Below are positions 31,492 through 45,355 of a stretch of 64,000 bases of DNA, piece after piece; within the stretch, counting starts at the first letter, position 1, and each line of letters opens with the position of its first letter. The translations under genes and the position numbers were made by a program. The notes below the pieces were generated by a model. It had not been told where the DNA came from and searched no databases. It saw only the letters and a list, made by a program, of their open reading frames with translations. Source of the DNA: the human T2T-CHM13v2.0 reference genome, Homo sapiens; the NCBI RefSeq assembly GCF_009914755.1, contig NC_060931.1; one strand, written 5' to 3'.

Positions 31492-32103
31492 TGTGCATTA
31501 GTTTAGTATCTCTTCCATTGCAAATTATCACCCATTTTACTGCTTAATATCCGCTTATTATTTCATATTTGTATAGGTCAAAAGTCCAGTTACAGGTTGG
31601 CTCAACTGGGTTCTCTGCTTCTCACAAGGCCTCGTGTAAGGCCCAAAGCAAAGTACCTGCTGGGCTGCACTCCTAACTGGAAGCTCTAGGGGAGCATGTT
31701 CTTCCATGCTCATGCAGGTCATTGACAGAATCCAGTTCTTACGTCTGTAGGGCTGAGGTACCTGTTTCCTTGCTGGTTGTCACCCGGAAGCTGCCCATAG
31801 CTCCTAGGGCCCTCTTTCTGGTTTTTGCACATGGGCTCCTACATCTCAGAGCCAGCAATGACATGATGACCCCTTCTTAGGCTTAGAATTTCTTTCACCT
31901 TGACTTCTGCCATATTGCTTTGACTCCCACAAAAGCAAGTTCTCTCCTTTATTTTAAAAGCTCATATGTTTAGACAGAGTCCACACAGACAATCTAGGTC
32001 TGTAGCCTTAATTCTATCTGTAAAGCACCTTTTGCCCTGTAATGTAATATGTGCAGGTACCAAGTGGGGTATTCATGTTTGGGGGACCATTTTACCCGTT
32101 ACA
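31492..32103 (-). mobile_element. MLT1 (E/F-like) MaLR LTR
   Basis: aactgggttctctgct...ggaagctctagggg...cagaatccagttctt...gtagggctgagg...ttgggggaccatttt. Confidence 0.75.
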
Positions 32104-35100
32104 GAATGACACGGATCCTGAAAAACAATCCCTCAACACCTTGTTAGGGCCTTAAAGTCACTTGCTAATACAGCCTAGCTCTGGAACATGATTTACTTGC
32201 TATAAAATCTTCACTAGATTACACCAAACTCTCTTTCCCTTTACAACTTTCTCCTGTTGTACCCAAAAGTCCCAACCAGTGCCCCAAATTCATCTCAAAT
32301 TAACTCATTTATTTGCCTCCATTTTCACCCCTTGAGATGTCTCTCAAGTCTTACGATCTATCTAGAATGTTCTTTTCTTTCCCTTATCTAGACAAAGCCT
32401 GCATTCCAGTTTCTGCATGGAGCTAACCTGAATTATCAAGACGTCCATAAGTTTTCTGATTTTTTACATCTCATCACCACCACACAATGTGTGTAATCTG
32501 GAAAATCTATAATTTATACTTATGTTAATTTTTAAACAAAATCACTTTTTTGTGGTTTTTGTTGGGTAATTTATAGTAATGTAGGTTTATGTTTGAAATT
32601 CAGAAAATGAACAAAAGTAGATGAGGAAAAATCATCCCCAGTCCCAGTGTCCAAAGAGCTAATCCTAAATTCACTCACTGCATGTAACATGATGCTAATT
32701 ATTAGCTATGAGCTATAAAAATTTATTTACCATATTATTTTATCTATTGTCAATAGATGGTTCATGCCAATAATGTTGATTTTAGGAAAAGTATTGGTAT
32801 CACAGAATTGCAGGCCAGAAATAATAAAAAGGTCACCTACTTCGGTTCCATACTAGATGCCTTAATCCTCTACACAGAGTACAGAATATAAAATAATAAA
32901 ACAACAAAACACACACTTCCATAGAACTTATTATGTACCTGGGCACTGTTCCAAATATTTTCCATGTATTCACTGACTTAATTTATATGCATAGTGCCTT
33001 TTGTATCTGACCTGTAGTAACCTGCATAGATAAGCTCTTGAAGTTCCGTAATTTTTGTGAAGATAATCTAGAATAAATTAAGTTCATATATGCACACAGA
33101 TCTCTTATATGTGTTTATAATTCCTTACCCAGCTACATAGCCTATTCAAACCTCTTTACAAACCACTGAAACCTGCTACTCATATTCCACTGAATCCATA
33201 GGCTCTTTTGTTTTAAAGAGAAAATTTTTGTTATACAACTAGAAGAGCCTAGTAATAGTTTTTTGGAAGGTTTTAGTATCTATTTTTAAAACTGTCTTTT
33301 GCCCATTCAATTCTCAGAACCCCACGTGTGTTTGTCCTGACTCTCAATACACAGTTTTAAGTAGATTAAGTGTTAATCCACTTAAAGAACTTTCCTACCT
33401 GTAGATGCTTTTTAAAAAGTTGAACTTTATTCCTTGATATTTCTTCTAATCCAAACTCAAATTAAATTAAAATGGTGCTTTAATTTTTCATGATTGGCAT
33501 AGGATCTATTAAGTTTGAAAACTTGCTCTGTTATCTACTAAGATATAATATATTCTTGTGCATAGTTTCATATTAGTATTATAGGTAAGAGGATATTAAA
33601 TGAGATTTGTCCTGTGGTCTCAGCATTTTCACTGAAACCCAAAGTCAAGAACAATTGGTGAAAAGTGCTCAGACCTCCGAAAGATAGAGCTAGGTGCACC
33701 CCCACAGATTCCATTAGTCCTGAAGCAGCAAAATTCTGTAAAACCATGTCGGCAACCCTCATCCCTTCACCCACTTCAAGGAATTATGAGGGAGACTTGA
33801 AGATTATTCAGGAGGGATCAACAAAGACCATTTATTTAAAGGGAGCTGCTGGAGTGCTACAAGGATAAATATTATACATACGTACAGACTTCAAGTCAAA
33901 TGACAGGGGTCTTAATCACTTGAATTGGCTGGCATTTGTTCCTAAAGTTTAGGGACTGCTCTCATCTGTAAAAGTCCAAGAGGGCTGGCAAATGGGGCAC
34001 ATGGAGGCAGAGAAAGAGAAAAAAGCTGTGCTGTGTTGGGATGGCCTCCATTTCCAGGGTTTGACAGGACAATAATGCCCTCGTGCTTCCTATGTGCCAG
34101 TAGAGAGTTGGGTATAGGTCATTTTGGAAACAGGCCTCCCGAAAAGGTAGGGTGACCCCAATAGAAGAAAACTGTGAGAAGGAAGCCAGAGGCTGGAGGA
34201 ACAGTCCTAAAGTTTCAGAAGAAGAGGAAATGACAGGGCCATGGAATTATAATCCAGAGCTCTTTAGACACAGGAATATCCACCAATCCACACAATGGCC
34301 TCATACAGGAAAAAAAAGAGATTTCTACAACTCTCACATGAGAACCCTGAGGCCGGATTGTAACTGTAGCAGTCAAGAAAGACCTTTCTTGATATGGCGT
34401 CACTTCTCCCTAGCCTCTCAAACCGTGGCTGAGCCAGAAGCAGCACAGTGAAGCAGAGGAGGAGGTAGGGAAGAGAAAAGACAGAAAAATATGATGGGAA
34501 ATGTCAACAAAACCAACCCTGGCCCTTTTCCCATGCTCAGGTTGGGGGAAAGGAGATGCTTTGAAGTGGATGGAAGATTGAAGCTCTGATACTGGACTCA
34601 AATGGACTTTTAAATATCTGAAGAAATGGAGACTGCTCTGAGAAAGCTGAAAAAAGCTGTGGATCTGCAAAAAGATTCACCCAGGAGTGGGAATGAACCA
34701 GTCAGAACTTATTCGAGGAAACTGGTAAAAAAGGGTAAATTTTTTCCTGCTTTTATCTTGTTGAGACTAGTTCATTTAATGAATCATATGTATATACTTG
34801 GTTTTATAATGAGACTGGAAACATATAGGTACAAAAGCCATTTATTTCTTTTTTCCGTCTTAACTTTATCCCCTTTTCCTTGTTTTATGTCTGGGAATGT
34901 TTCTCTTACATCCTGAGCTGATGCTGCAGTATGAGTTTAATCTCTGACATCTAGAATGTCAGCCTAACTAAATTTCATTCAAACAATCTAGGTGAGGAAG
35001 CAGTGCCTGCTCATCTCCAATGCTGGGGTAATCTTAGGCAGTGTGAAATTCAAAATTTAGTGAAGAAGAAAAAAAGAATATTGCCTGAAAATATACTTCT

Positions 35101-35325
35101 GACTTTAAGAGTGGTTCCATAACTTCCTCCTTTGGCTTAGGATTGGGAGAGAGAGCAAATGTGAAAAACATGAATAAAATGATAGTCTACATTTTTACCT
35201 GACAGACCCTTTCTTCTCTCTTGCTCTCTAAACACAAGTAGGGTTCTGGGGTCTCTGAGCAATTCTTTTAATTGCCATGGGTCTTCCTATTCTTATCCGT
35301 AATACAAGGGAATTGGAGAAGATGA

Positions 35326-35626
<301 letters not shown>

Positions 35627-37160
35627 GAAGAAGATAATATCTAAAGCCGTCTTCCCTTCTATCCTTGTTCCAAATAAACCAACCATGATGTTCTCAAACT
35701 GAAGAATTCCAATTAACTGTAATACTTCCTCATTTTAATTACTGAGGTACACTGCAGAACATGTGGTGAGGAGATACAATGTGGCTATCTGTTCAGCTGA
35801 ATTGAGATGAGTTCAATGAAACCAAGATAGCCAACAGGGTTTCCTGGGTTAACTTATGAACCTCATTCTCCTTCGCTATTCTAACACATCTGACAAAGAT
35901 GTTACTACATAAAGCTTCTTATAGCACATTCCAATCCTCTCAGGAGCCTCACTGGCTATTTCTGTCTACCACATAAAATCTTAACCTCTCCCTCTGCAAT
36001 TCTAGACCTTAGTAGACACTTCGCTCTGCCCACCGGATACACAGATTCTTTATTACTGCCTTCTATGCATCACAGACTTCTGCTGAACAGAAATGATGGC
36101 CATTCCTCAAACATATCCCATCTTGGCTCTTTCACTCATGCTATTCTTTCTAATTAGATTGCTATTAATATTTTCTATTCATTCATACTCTCCTTTATAT
36201 TCAACATATCATTCAAGCCATTCCCCCCTCTCCAGCGGACCTATTTTAAAACCGTAACTGAGCACAATGACTTTTTACTTTGACCTCCACAGTACTTTGT
36301 ATTCACCACAGAGAACCTTTACAGCTATTCACCTCTACATGGTAAGCTCCTTGCACACATGGACCAAGCTGTATTTTTTTTCCTCTGAATTCACACAATG
36401 GAATCACAAAACCTGATAACCAGTCTGAATAAACTTCTAAACTGCTAAATCATTTAGCCATGTTTACCACTATTTTATAATTTCTAATAGGTTAAAAATT
36501 AAAATGCTATTTAATATAATTCCATGGGCATCATTTCATAAAATCCTTCAAATTAGGAGAGAATTCCACAATCACATTCCCTACCCAACCTGTTAAAATC
36601 TATTCAGTAAATATAAAATGTTTTAAGTGATGATAATGTGGAAAACTGTGTTTTCAACCCACATAGATATTATTTTTAATATGGACTCTTAAATAATTAA
36701 TAACGCCTGTCTCAAATGCTTCATCTCTCCAATGCAATGGTAATACACCCTGTCATGTGAGACTGAAATGTGACAATGTACGACAAAAAGTATCAAAATG
36801 CCTGTGCAAGGTAAGAACTCAACAAATATTAGCCATTCTTAGCCTCTTACCCATTTCTCACTTGGTCTAATGCATTAATGCAGGATAATGCATTAACAAC
36901 TGCAAACAAGTCTCTTCAAAGGTTTCCCCACAAAGAAGTTCATCTCTGAGCTGTTCATAACAGCAAAAGAGTGAAAATAAAATCACAATGTTCAAAATAG
37001 AAGAAAATGATTTTAAATCTGTGTAATGGAATACTATAGAATCACTAAATATGTTGTGGCCAGTGCTTTTAGCTCCAAGAACATATTAAATAAAAAGTAT
37101 AGAACACAAAATAAAATATTTAGGGTTTTTCTGCAAAAAAAAAATATTCTGTAAAAAAAT

Positions 37161-37184
37161 ACACACACACACACACACACACAC
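37161..37184. repeat. (AC)n microsatellite
   Basis: About 12 AC units. Confidence 0.9.
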
Positions 37185-38181
37185 GCATGAAAAATAACCT
37201 AGCAAGTAATAATAATTTATTTCTGGGTCATTTCATTATAGGCACTTTTCTAATCTGCATTTAGAAAAATGATAAAGTCTTTATATTCAAGTTAAATAAT
37301 ACAAATGTCAACTAAACAAAAAGGAAACTGCAAAGCATAATCCACAGTACTGTTATTTCACTGTCAGACTTCTCATTTGACATTTACAAACACAGGAAAT
37401 GAATTCACACTATTTCCACCCAGTATCCACATAAAGTGTCATTATAATTTTTACAACAATATAAAATAACAGAAACTAATTTAAAATTTGTCTTATTCCA
37501 TCACCACCAAAAAATTCAAGTAATTTTCACTGTTTTATATGCCTCCTGGTTCTCCTCTATATATGGGCACACCATACAAAGCTATAACACTGACAGAAGT
37601 ATGCAAAACTTACATTTCATCTAAAGCAGCTATAAGAAGTTCTATTTTAAAGAAATGCACAAAGAAGAAGCCAAATATGAAACATTCATGGATCATCCTT
37701 TTAAAGCTCCGTCGGCTTCTTTCAGAGAAGATTTCACATTAACACTTCACAAACCCATGACTCTCAATATCCAAATTGAGAGTCAAATGGTATATTTCTA
37801 TTTCTTGTCAATAAAAAGTCTATATTTTCCATGGGTATTGCATATCAAAGTGATTTTCATCTCAGAAACAGATATTCAAATATCATAACATACATGTATG
37901 CAAACATGCACAATCCTCTTTCCCTATTCCTAAGAGATTCATTGAGACATTTTACCCTTAAATGAGTTCTGCACATTTACATCTTTCTGAACACATAAAG
38001 ATAAATTTCCCCCTGCCCTGCATTGCTTCATTTCAATAGGCAATCCAGTATGTATCATCCTGCTTACCAAAACCAAACTCTCAGGGCTAGAGTTAAAAAT
38101 TAAGTTACCACACAATCTGGGTAGATTTTGATAGTTTCTTTGGAATTAGAGATGATGGCTTAGTAATTAATTTTAAAAAGC

Positions 38182-38203
38182 TGTGTGTGTGTGTGTGTGT
38201 GTG
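38182..38203. repeat. (TG)n microsatellite
   Basis: About 11 TG units followed by cgcgtgcatgtg. Confidence 0.9.
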
Positions 38204-39018
38204 CGCGTGCATGTGGCAACCTGTATATTATGGTATTTGGGGATCTATTACCAGGACGAAGATACGTAATAGACAGAACATATAAGAATTTTTTATTGAC
38301 AAGCAATAGAAATATACTATTCAGCAATCTATTCAGGTATTGACAGGTATAGGTTTGTGACGTGTTACTCTGAGATCCTACCAAAGGATACAGAAGGAGC
38401 TTTAGCCAGCATTCCACGTGGTCCTACAGACTGACAGTCCATAGCCCAAGGCCCATTGGATGAGGACAGATTGAAACACAAGAAGAGAACGTAGTATCAA
38501 GTCCTATGGCTCCGTATAAACCACAGAAAAAAGTTGCTACCAGAATATGCTACAATTCCACTGGTGCTTCCTTAATGCCCCTTGGAACTAGATCCGTCTT
38601 CTCCGGTCTCACTTGACACTTTCCCTCAAAACTCAATCTGCCTGGCCCTTCCCCAAATCATATAGTAGCTCTTAAGCCACTGGAAGGACTGGAGCCAGCC
38701 TAAGGATTCCAAGTAGGAATTTTATGTTCCCTAGAAATAAGAAATAAAAGGTAACAAGATGTTCATGATCCTGTGGCAGCCAGAAAGAAGGCTTGTCATT
38801 CACTGGGGGTGTAACTTTTATTCTTTGAATAGCCATGTCTGATCAGGCTGCGATAGTCTAAGGGAAGGGATTACCTACACTCCATTTCTGCATTCTCCAG
38901 GAAGAAAAAGGCAGATAGCCAGGAAAAAGGGTGAATAGAAACCCATTTTTTTGCATTTTTAGAAAAACATATTTCTAAATGTGATAGAAATTCATCACTC
39001 AATTGTGCTTATCACATA

Positions 39019-39434
39019 CAGATGATCCTTGACTTATGATGGGGTTACATCCCAATAAACCCATCATAAATTAAAATGATTGTAAGTCAAAAATTTGTTT
39101 AATATACCTAAGCTACCAAACATCTTAGTTTAGCCTAGCCTGCCTTAAACGTGCCAGAACGCTCACATCAGCCTACAGCTGGGCTAACTCATTTGGCAAC
39201 ACAGAGCACCGTGGAGTACCAGTCGTTTATCCTAGTGACCATGCAGCTGACCGGGAGCCGCGGCTCACAGCTGCTGCCCAGCATCTCGAGAGGGTATCCT
39301 ACCATATATTGCTAGCCTAGGAAAAAATCAAAATTCAAAATTTGAAGTACAGTTTCTACCAAATGTGTCTCATTTTTATAGCACCACAAAGTTGAAAAAT
39401 CGTTACATCAGACCATCATGGTCAGGACCATCTG
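39019..39434. mobile_element. MER47B/Tigger5-derived DNA transposon, complete
   Basis: ta|cagatgatccttgacttatgatgg ... ccatcatggtcaggaccatctg|ta: terminal inverted repeats with TA duplication. Confidence 0.85.
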
Positions 39435-40223
39435 TATTCAACATGACAAATCCCCCCAACTTTCATTCAACGAAGATTACCCCCAGATCTTGCTGACTTG
39501 GCACACAATCTCTTAAACAAGTCTCTAAACCTCTCTTTTTAAAGATTCATCAAAACCCAAACCTCATGCTATTACTGAACCAGTATCAATTTAAAAGTTT
39601 CCAATCAAAGAAGTTGTCAATGTTATTCAGCTACTGAACAACAAATTCCTGTCCAAAATAACAATTCTTGTTCAAAGATGAATTTCTCCAATATATCAAA
39701 TCCAAATTGTAGAGTCACCAAGAAGGACAAACTAAAGGAATCCTTGTCATTTTATAACCTCTCTGGATGAAGAAAGGCTGTAGATAGAGTACTGTGAAAG
39801 ATACACCCTTCAAAGAAAATGACTGAAGTTTCAGGTGAAAGATGAGACAGGACTTGACTGGCAAGTAAGATTTTAGTCCAGTGGTATTTCTCAGAGGAGG
39901 GATACCTGAAACCCTTATGAAAAGCCCTTATGAAAAGGAATTTAGAAAACACCACTAAATGCATCCAAGGCAGAGATCCCACAAGAAAGTTGGATGAACC
40001 AAAGAAAATGAGCCAGAAGACAGAGAAGAACCATACAAATAGAAACATCTAAATGGATAAAAGTTATAAACTGGGTGAGTTCTGTCATGGAACACAAGGG
40101 TGTAAGAGTGCCCAGTTACATGATCCAAGAGTATCAAGTGTTTTTCTCAACCCCATGGATCTCTCTTCCTAAATTCTGAACACCCAATTTGTAATTTTAA
40201 TTTATCTCTTAAGAGAGAGACAT

Positions 40224-40265
40224 CAGTAGCGCAATGGATAACGCGTCTGACTACGGATCAGAAGA
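40224..40265 (+). pseudogene. Tailless retrocopy of a tRNA-Arg(ACG) 5' fragment (tRNA nt 5-46)
   Basis: cagtagcgcaatggataacgcgtctgactACGgatcagaaga matches human tRNA-Arg-ACG as I recall it at 41/42. Flanked by a 13-bp direct repeat aagagagagacat (40211-40223, 40262-40274). No T arm, CCA or poly-A. Confidence 0.92.
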
Positions 40266-42619
40266 GAGAGACATAAATTCCCCCCCACCACCACCGGGTT
40301 AATGTTTTATTCCAGACACTCAGACTCTCTTCTCTTTCACCACCCATGTGATGGCTGACTTCATCCAATCTAGCAGCATAGAGGACACATGACATGCTCC
40401 CTGTCCCTTTATAAGGACCTCCCACATACCCATCTTACCAAATAGGCATCTAATATAAATAATGCACAACTTAGCCTAACTCACATCACCTCAGGTGTTT
40501 GACAATTAGACTATGAACAAAAGTCACAAATTTCATTCAAACCCAGATGAGATGTTTGTCTTTTCTATTTCTACAATTTCCAACATAAAAACTTAGCCTT
40601 AAAAAACAGAAACAACCTAATAGGTTTTGTTCTGGTTGTTGATTTTAAGTAAATATGAGATGGAAGTCTAGAATACGTTTTTATCTCCTATTTAAGAATG
40701 TTCATGTTTCTATTTCCTGTCTTTGGATGCTTCCCAAGTACTTCTCAGATCTTTTAAATGCTTCAAAGTTTAGCTGATTTCCTAAATTTACATCCTTAAG
40801 AATTGTGGCTTTGAAAGTAATACATAATTCACCATAAACACTTCCCCGTATTTACTTTAGGTTTGAGCAAGCAGACCCCTGGGTTGTAATATGAATATTT
40901 TAAATTTGTCTGATCAATTCTGAATACTCTATTTGTCACAAACACTGGAAGAATTCATGTTTAAAAATAAAACAATGCTCAGAACTTCAAGGGTGGAAAC
41001 TGATGAGCTGTGTCATTCAAAGGCCCTTCTTGGCCTGCCAGCTTTATCACAGCAACAGAGACTTGCAGTCGATGAAAAGAGGTTTCCAAGTTAACAAAAT
41101 GTGTAGCACCAGAGGATATTAGAAAGGAGGCTAAGCTGATAAGTTAGAATGCGGAAAGTCACACTGCTTCCAGATAATTCCTAGAGTGTTTTTGTAGACT
41201 TTATGTAATGGAAAGGGTCCATTACAGCCATGTCCTTTTTCCTTAAGCTGAAAACTTCTTACAGAGTTTCACTGTTTAGGTTTCTGTATGTCTGACACTT
41301 GGAAAGATGGCTCTTCCCTGAAGACCACTAGAAACATGGCTGGAACAATTTAATTGCTCATGTTTATGTACATTTAACAACCCTACATTTGACTGAATTA
41401 TAAAGACATTCTTATTTCTACACATGCACCATCTTCTCATGTTCCTTCAATATGAAAACTCATGTGTATCCTCTTCCAGAGTAAAATTTCAGATAATATA
41501 TTTTTAGATGACAGGACTTTTCCTCCTGATGAACCTAAGAGGGAACCAGGAACTACTGGGGTTAAAGAAATGAGAAATTTTCTAAGATAGTCACATGCAA
41601 AAATACCACATTTGAATAAAAATGGTGAATATACAAGAGGGCACGGTTGACTGTACTGCTGGAAACCACTGTCCCATTCCAATACCCCCAAAAACACAGA
41701 CTCTCAAAGAGTACACTGGCAACTCTGCATTACAGACGTCACTTCTGCTTTCCTTTATCATGATTAGGGGTCACAGTAGATGAGAACTGTTCCCTGAGTG
41801 ATATAGGTAAATATCTTTCTGCACACACTATCACCTAGATAACAAAGTTTATATGCCATTGTCAACAGGAACAACTATGTTATGAAGAGGTAGACTGAGT
41901 CCCACTGTCCATTAACAAATGCTTCTAGAATGAACAATGGAATTTTAGAACTTGAAGGAACTTAGCAACTGTCTAGTCCAACCACTCATCTTGGCCAAGG
42001 TCACATTGTTGGAAGAAATAAGAATCAAGGCCCTTAATCTCAGTACAGGATATTTTCAATTTTGCAGGCCGATTGCCCACCAGTTGAAGAGATGAAATCT
42101 TCCTCTCTGCCATTTATTTTCGTTTCTAAATACCACTCCAGCATCTTACCTCATTTTCTTCAGTCTTTTAGCCTGGGGATTTTTCCAGCAAGATTATGTC
42201 AACTAAATCCACAGTGAACACTTTGCTGCCCATTCCTTCCTTTTCAGAGGGTCTTTTGAATGTGACCTTCATGGTATAAACCATTCAGTTATTTCCATTT
42301 CCTCTCACTGTCCTCTAGTCTCCCTACTGCCCTCCGCCTATGGCTGTTCCCCAGACTCTATCTTCTACTCGGGTCTTCAATCTGCAACTTCTCTGTGACT
42401 GGCTTCCAGAAGCTCTCTGAGCTTCAGACTCTTGTCTCCAGATGTTTCCTGCATATTTCTGTTCTTATCTCCTCAAATGCAACATATCCCCCAAAATCAC
42501 CTACCTTACTGCATAATTTACTCAACTTCCTAAGAATATCATCATGTCCCCAATCATGCAAGTTCAGAACTTCAGTTATCTCACTCCTCCACCTTTACCC
42601 ACTCATACTGATTTTTTAA

Positions 42620-42862
<243 letters not shown>

Positions 42863-43429
42863 TAAAAAAATCAATTTCTTTGTGTTCGTTTTTGAAGTCA
42901 TCTTTCTTTTGGTTCCCACAAAAACCACCATAAACTAGGTTTTCAACAGCCTCTAACCAATCTCCCTATCTTCAACTTATCTTCACTCTTGAACATCTAT
43001 TTCATCACATTAATCTGTTGTTCAAAAAAATCTTTCATTTTTCTTAACCAGGACCTTCTTCTCTAACTTGGTGGGTCTACTTACATTTTTTCATTGTACT
43101 TTCTCATTCCTATGCTTGCCCACAATAAATTCCACAGCTAGAATACACATCCTCCTAATTATCATCTCCAAATCCTGACTGTTTTCAATGGTGGTTCAAG
43201 TCCAGTGTCTGCAGTGAAGCTTTCTGTTGTGGTCTTGAATTTACGACTTTACTTATTCACCACCTTTCTTTGTGCACAATTTCCAACTCCTTTATATATT
43301 AGCCTTCTGAATATATCTGTCTTATCTTCTTGGTGTGGCTATAGGAACCAAATCATACATGTCTTTATCACTTCTGAAACTATCCCAATAACTACATTAC
43401 ATTATTTATTATATATTTTTAAATGAGGC

Positions 43430-43695
43430 ATAGTAGGAGAATATTGGAGATAAAAATTCTGAGTTCTGACTCTTGTTTTGTTCTTTCTTGCTGAATGACC
43501 TTAGGCAAGCTACTCAAACTCTGTAAGCTTTCGTATCTATAAAATAGACATAATACCACCTACTTCATAGTGCTGTTGTACAGTACAGCTTAGCAGAATG
43601 TGTATGTATGTGTGTGTACACACAAACACACAACGTTTAACACAGTTTCTGGCCCATAGTGAATGCTTTTTAAACAGATGGCTAATTATAATTAT
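43430..43695 (+). mobile_element. MIR
   Basis: tgaccttaggcaagctactcaaactctgtaagcttt...tctataaaatag...cctacttcatag (MIR core). Confidence 0.75.
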
Positions 43696-43811
43696 GCACA
43701 CCACAGGCACTCCTTTGTGGTCAATATTTTAAACCGAAAAGTTCTAAATATGTTTTCAAAATATGCTGTCAAGATTCCATCTCATGTTTTTTACACCATT
43801 GATTATCATAT

Positions 43812-44178
43812 TGATATGATTAGGCTTTGAGTCCCATCCAAATCTCATCTTGGATTGTAATCCCCAGGTGTTTAGGGAGAGATCTGGGGGGAAGTGATTG
43901 TATCACGGGGGCAGTTTCCCATGCTGTTCTAATGATAGTGAGTGAGTTCTCACAAGATCTGATGGTTTTATAAGTGTGTGACACTTCCTCCTACCCACTC
44001 TCACTCTCTCTCTCTCCTGCTGCCATGCAAGACGTACCTGGTTCCCCTTCCAACAGGATTGTAAGTTTCCTGAGGCCTCCCCAAACATGTGGAACTGTAA
44101 GTCAATTAATCCTCTTTCCTTTATAAATTACCCAGTCTCAGGTAGTTCTTTAAAGCAGTGTGACAACAAATGAACACA
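43812..44178 (+). mobile_element. THE1D-like MaLR solo LTR
   Basis: tgatatg...aacaca termini with exact 5-bp TSD catat (43807-43811, 44179-44183). Confidence 0.9.
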
Positions 44179-44577
44179 CATATTTAATACAAAATTACTT
44201 TTCTAAGCTGCATTCCAGAAGAGTAGGAAAGACACTTTCAATCTTCAAGCTGTGCCCAGTTGACAAGACCTAGTGTATAAAACTCTGTACAGACCAGTTT
44301 CATCCTTACACATAACCCAATCAACCATGATTTTCAGCAATTACCATTTTAATAATGGAGTTAAAGCAGAACTAAATAATTTTTGGGGAAGGCTAGAAAA
44401 GTTTCCAAACAGCCAAGTCAATAGGTACAAGTTTGGTGACGTAGGATTGCTAGAGCCTGTCAAAAACTGAAACTCAAGGCTTAGTGACCACAGTCAGCTT
44501 TTCCTATGAAGAAAGCCATGAACTTTACTTCAACCAATTACAAAGTCTAATCAATAGCTTTAAAAACCACAATGAAA

Positions 44578-44992
<415 letters not shown>

Positions 44993-45288
44993 TCACAACT
45001 TTCCTAGGTTAACGCATACTGTATTTAAAAAATCAGATACTACACCTCCACCTCCACAAAGGTTGCAGGAACTTTCCACCAGAAATATCTATGATCTCAT
45101 GAAGGGAGGCTCCATCCCCATATAGAAAGTCAAAGCCACTGTCTCCCTCTGCCTTGCCTCATACCTCCCACAATGATGAGCAGCCACAGGGAAAATGTCT
45201 CTCTACACCATCACCCAAAGAACTTCCCTTCTAGGACCCCAGCTTCATTATTTCTGCACCCCTAGGCAGGAAAATTGCATGGTCTTAC

Positions 45289-45355
45289 CGCAGATGTTAG
45301 ACGCACAAGAATTTCATCACTGCTTTCTTCGGAGTCTTCAATTTTCTGATGAGAC
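45289..45355 (-). CDS. RAPGEF5: RAPGEF5 internal coding exon, 67 nt (phase 2 to phase 0): (L)SHQKIEDSEESSDEILVRLTSA
   Basis: Acceptor poly-T tract then tag|G, donor GCG|gtaaga. The first G completes the CT|G Leu codon from the previous exon. Too short for the ORF track. Confidence 0.95.

Noticed and set aside
40224-40265. Functional tRNA-Arg gene
   Set aside because: Lacks the T arm/B box, 3' acceptor strand and Pol III terminator; flanked by a TSD.
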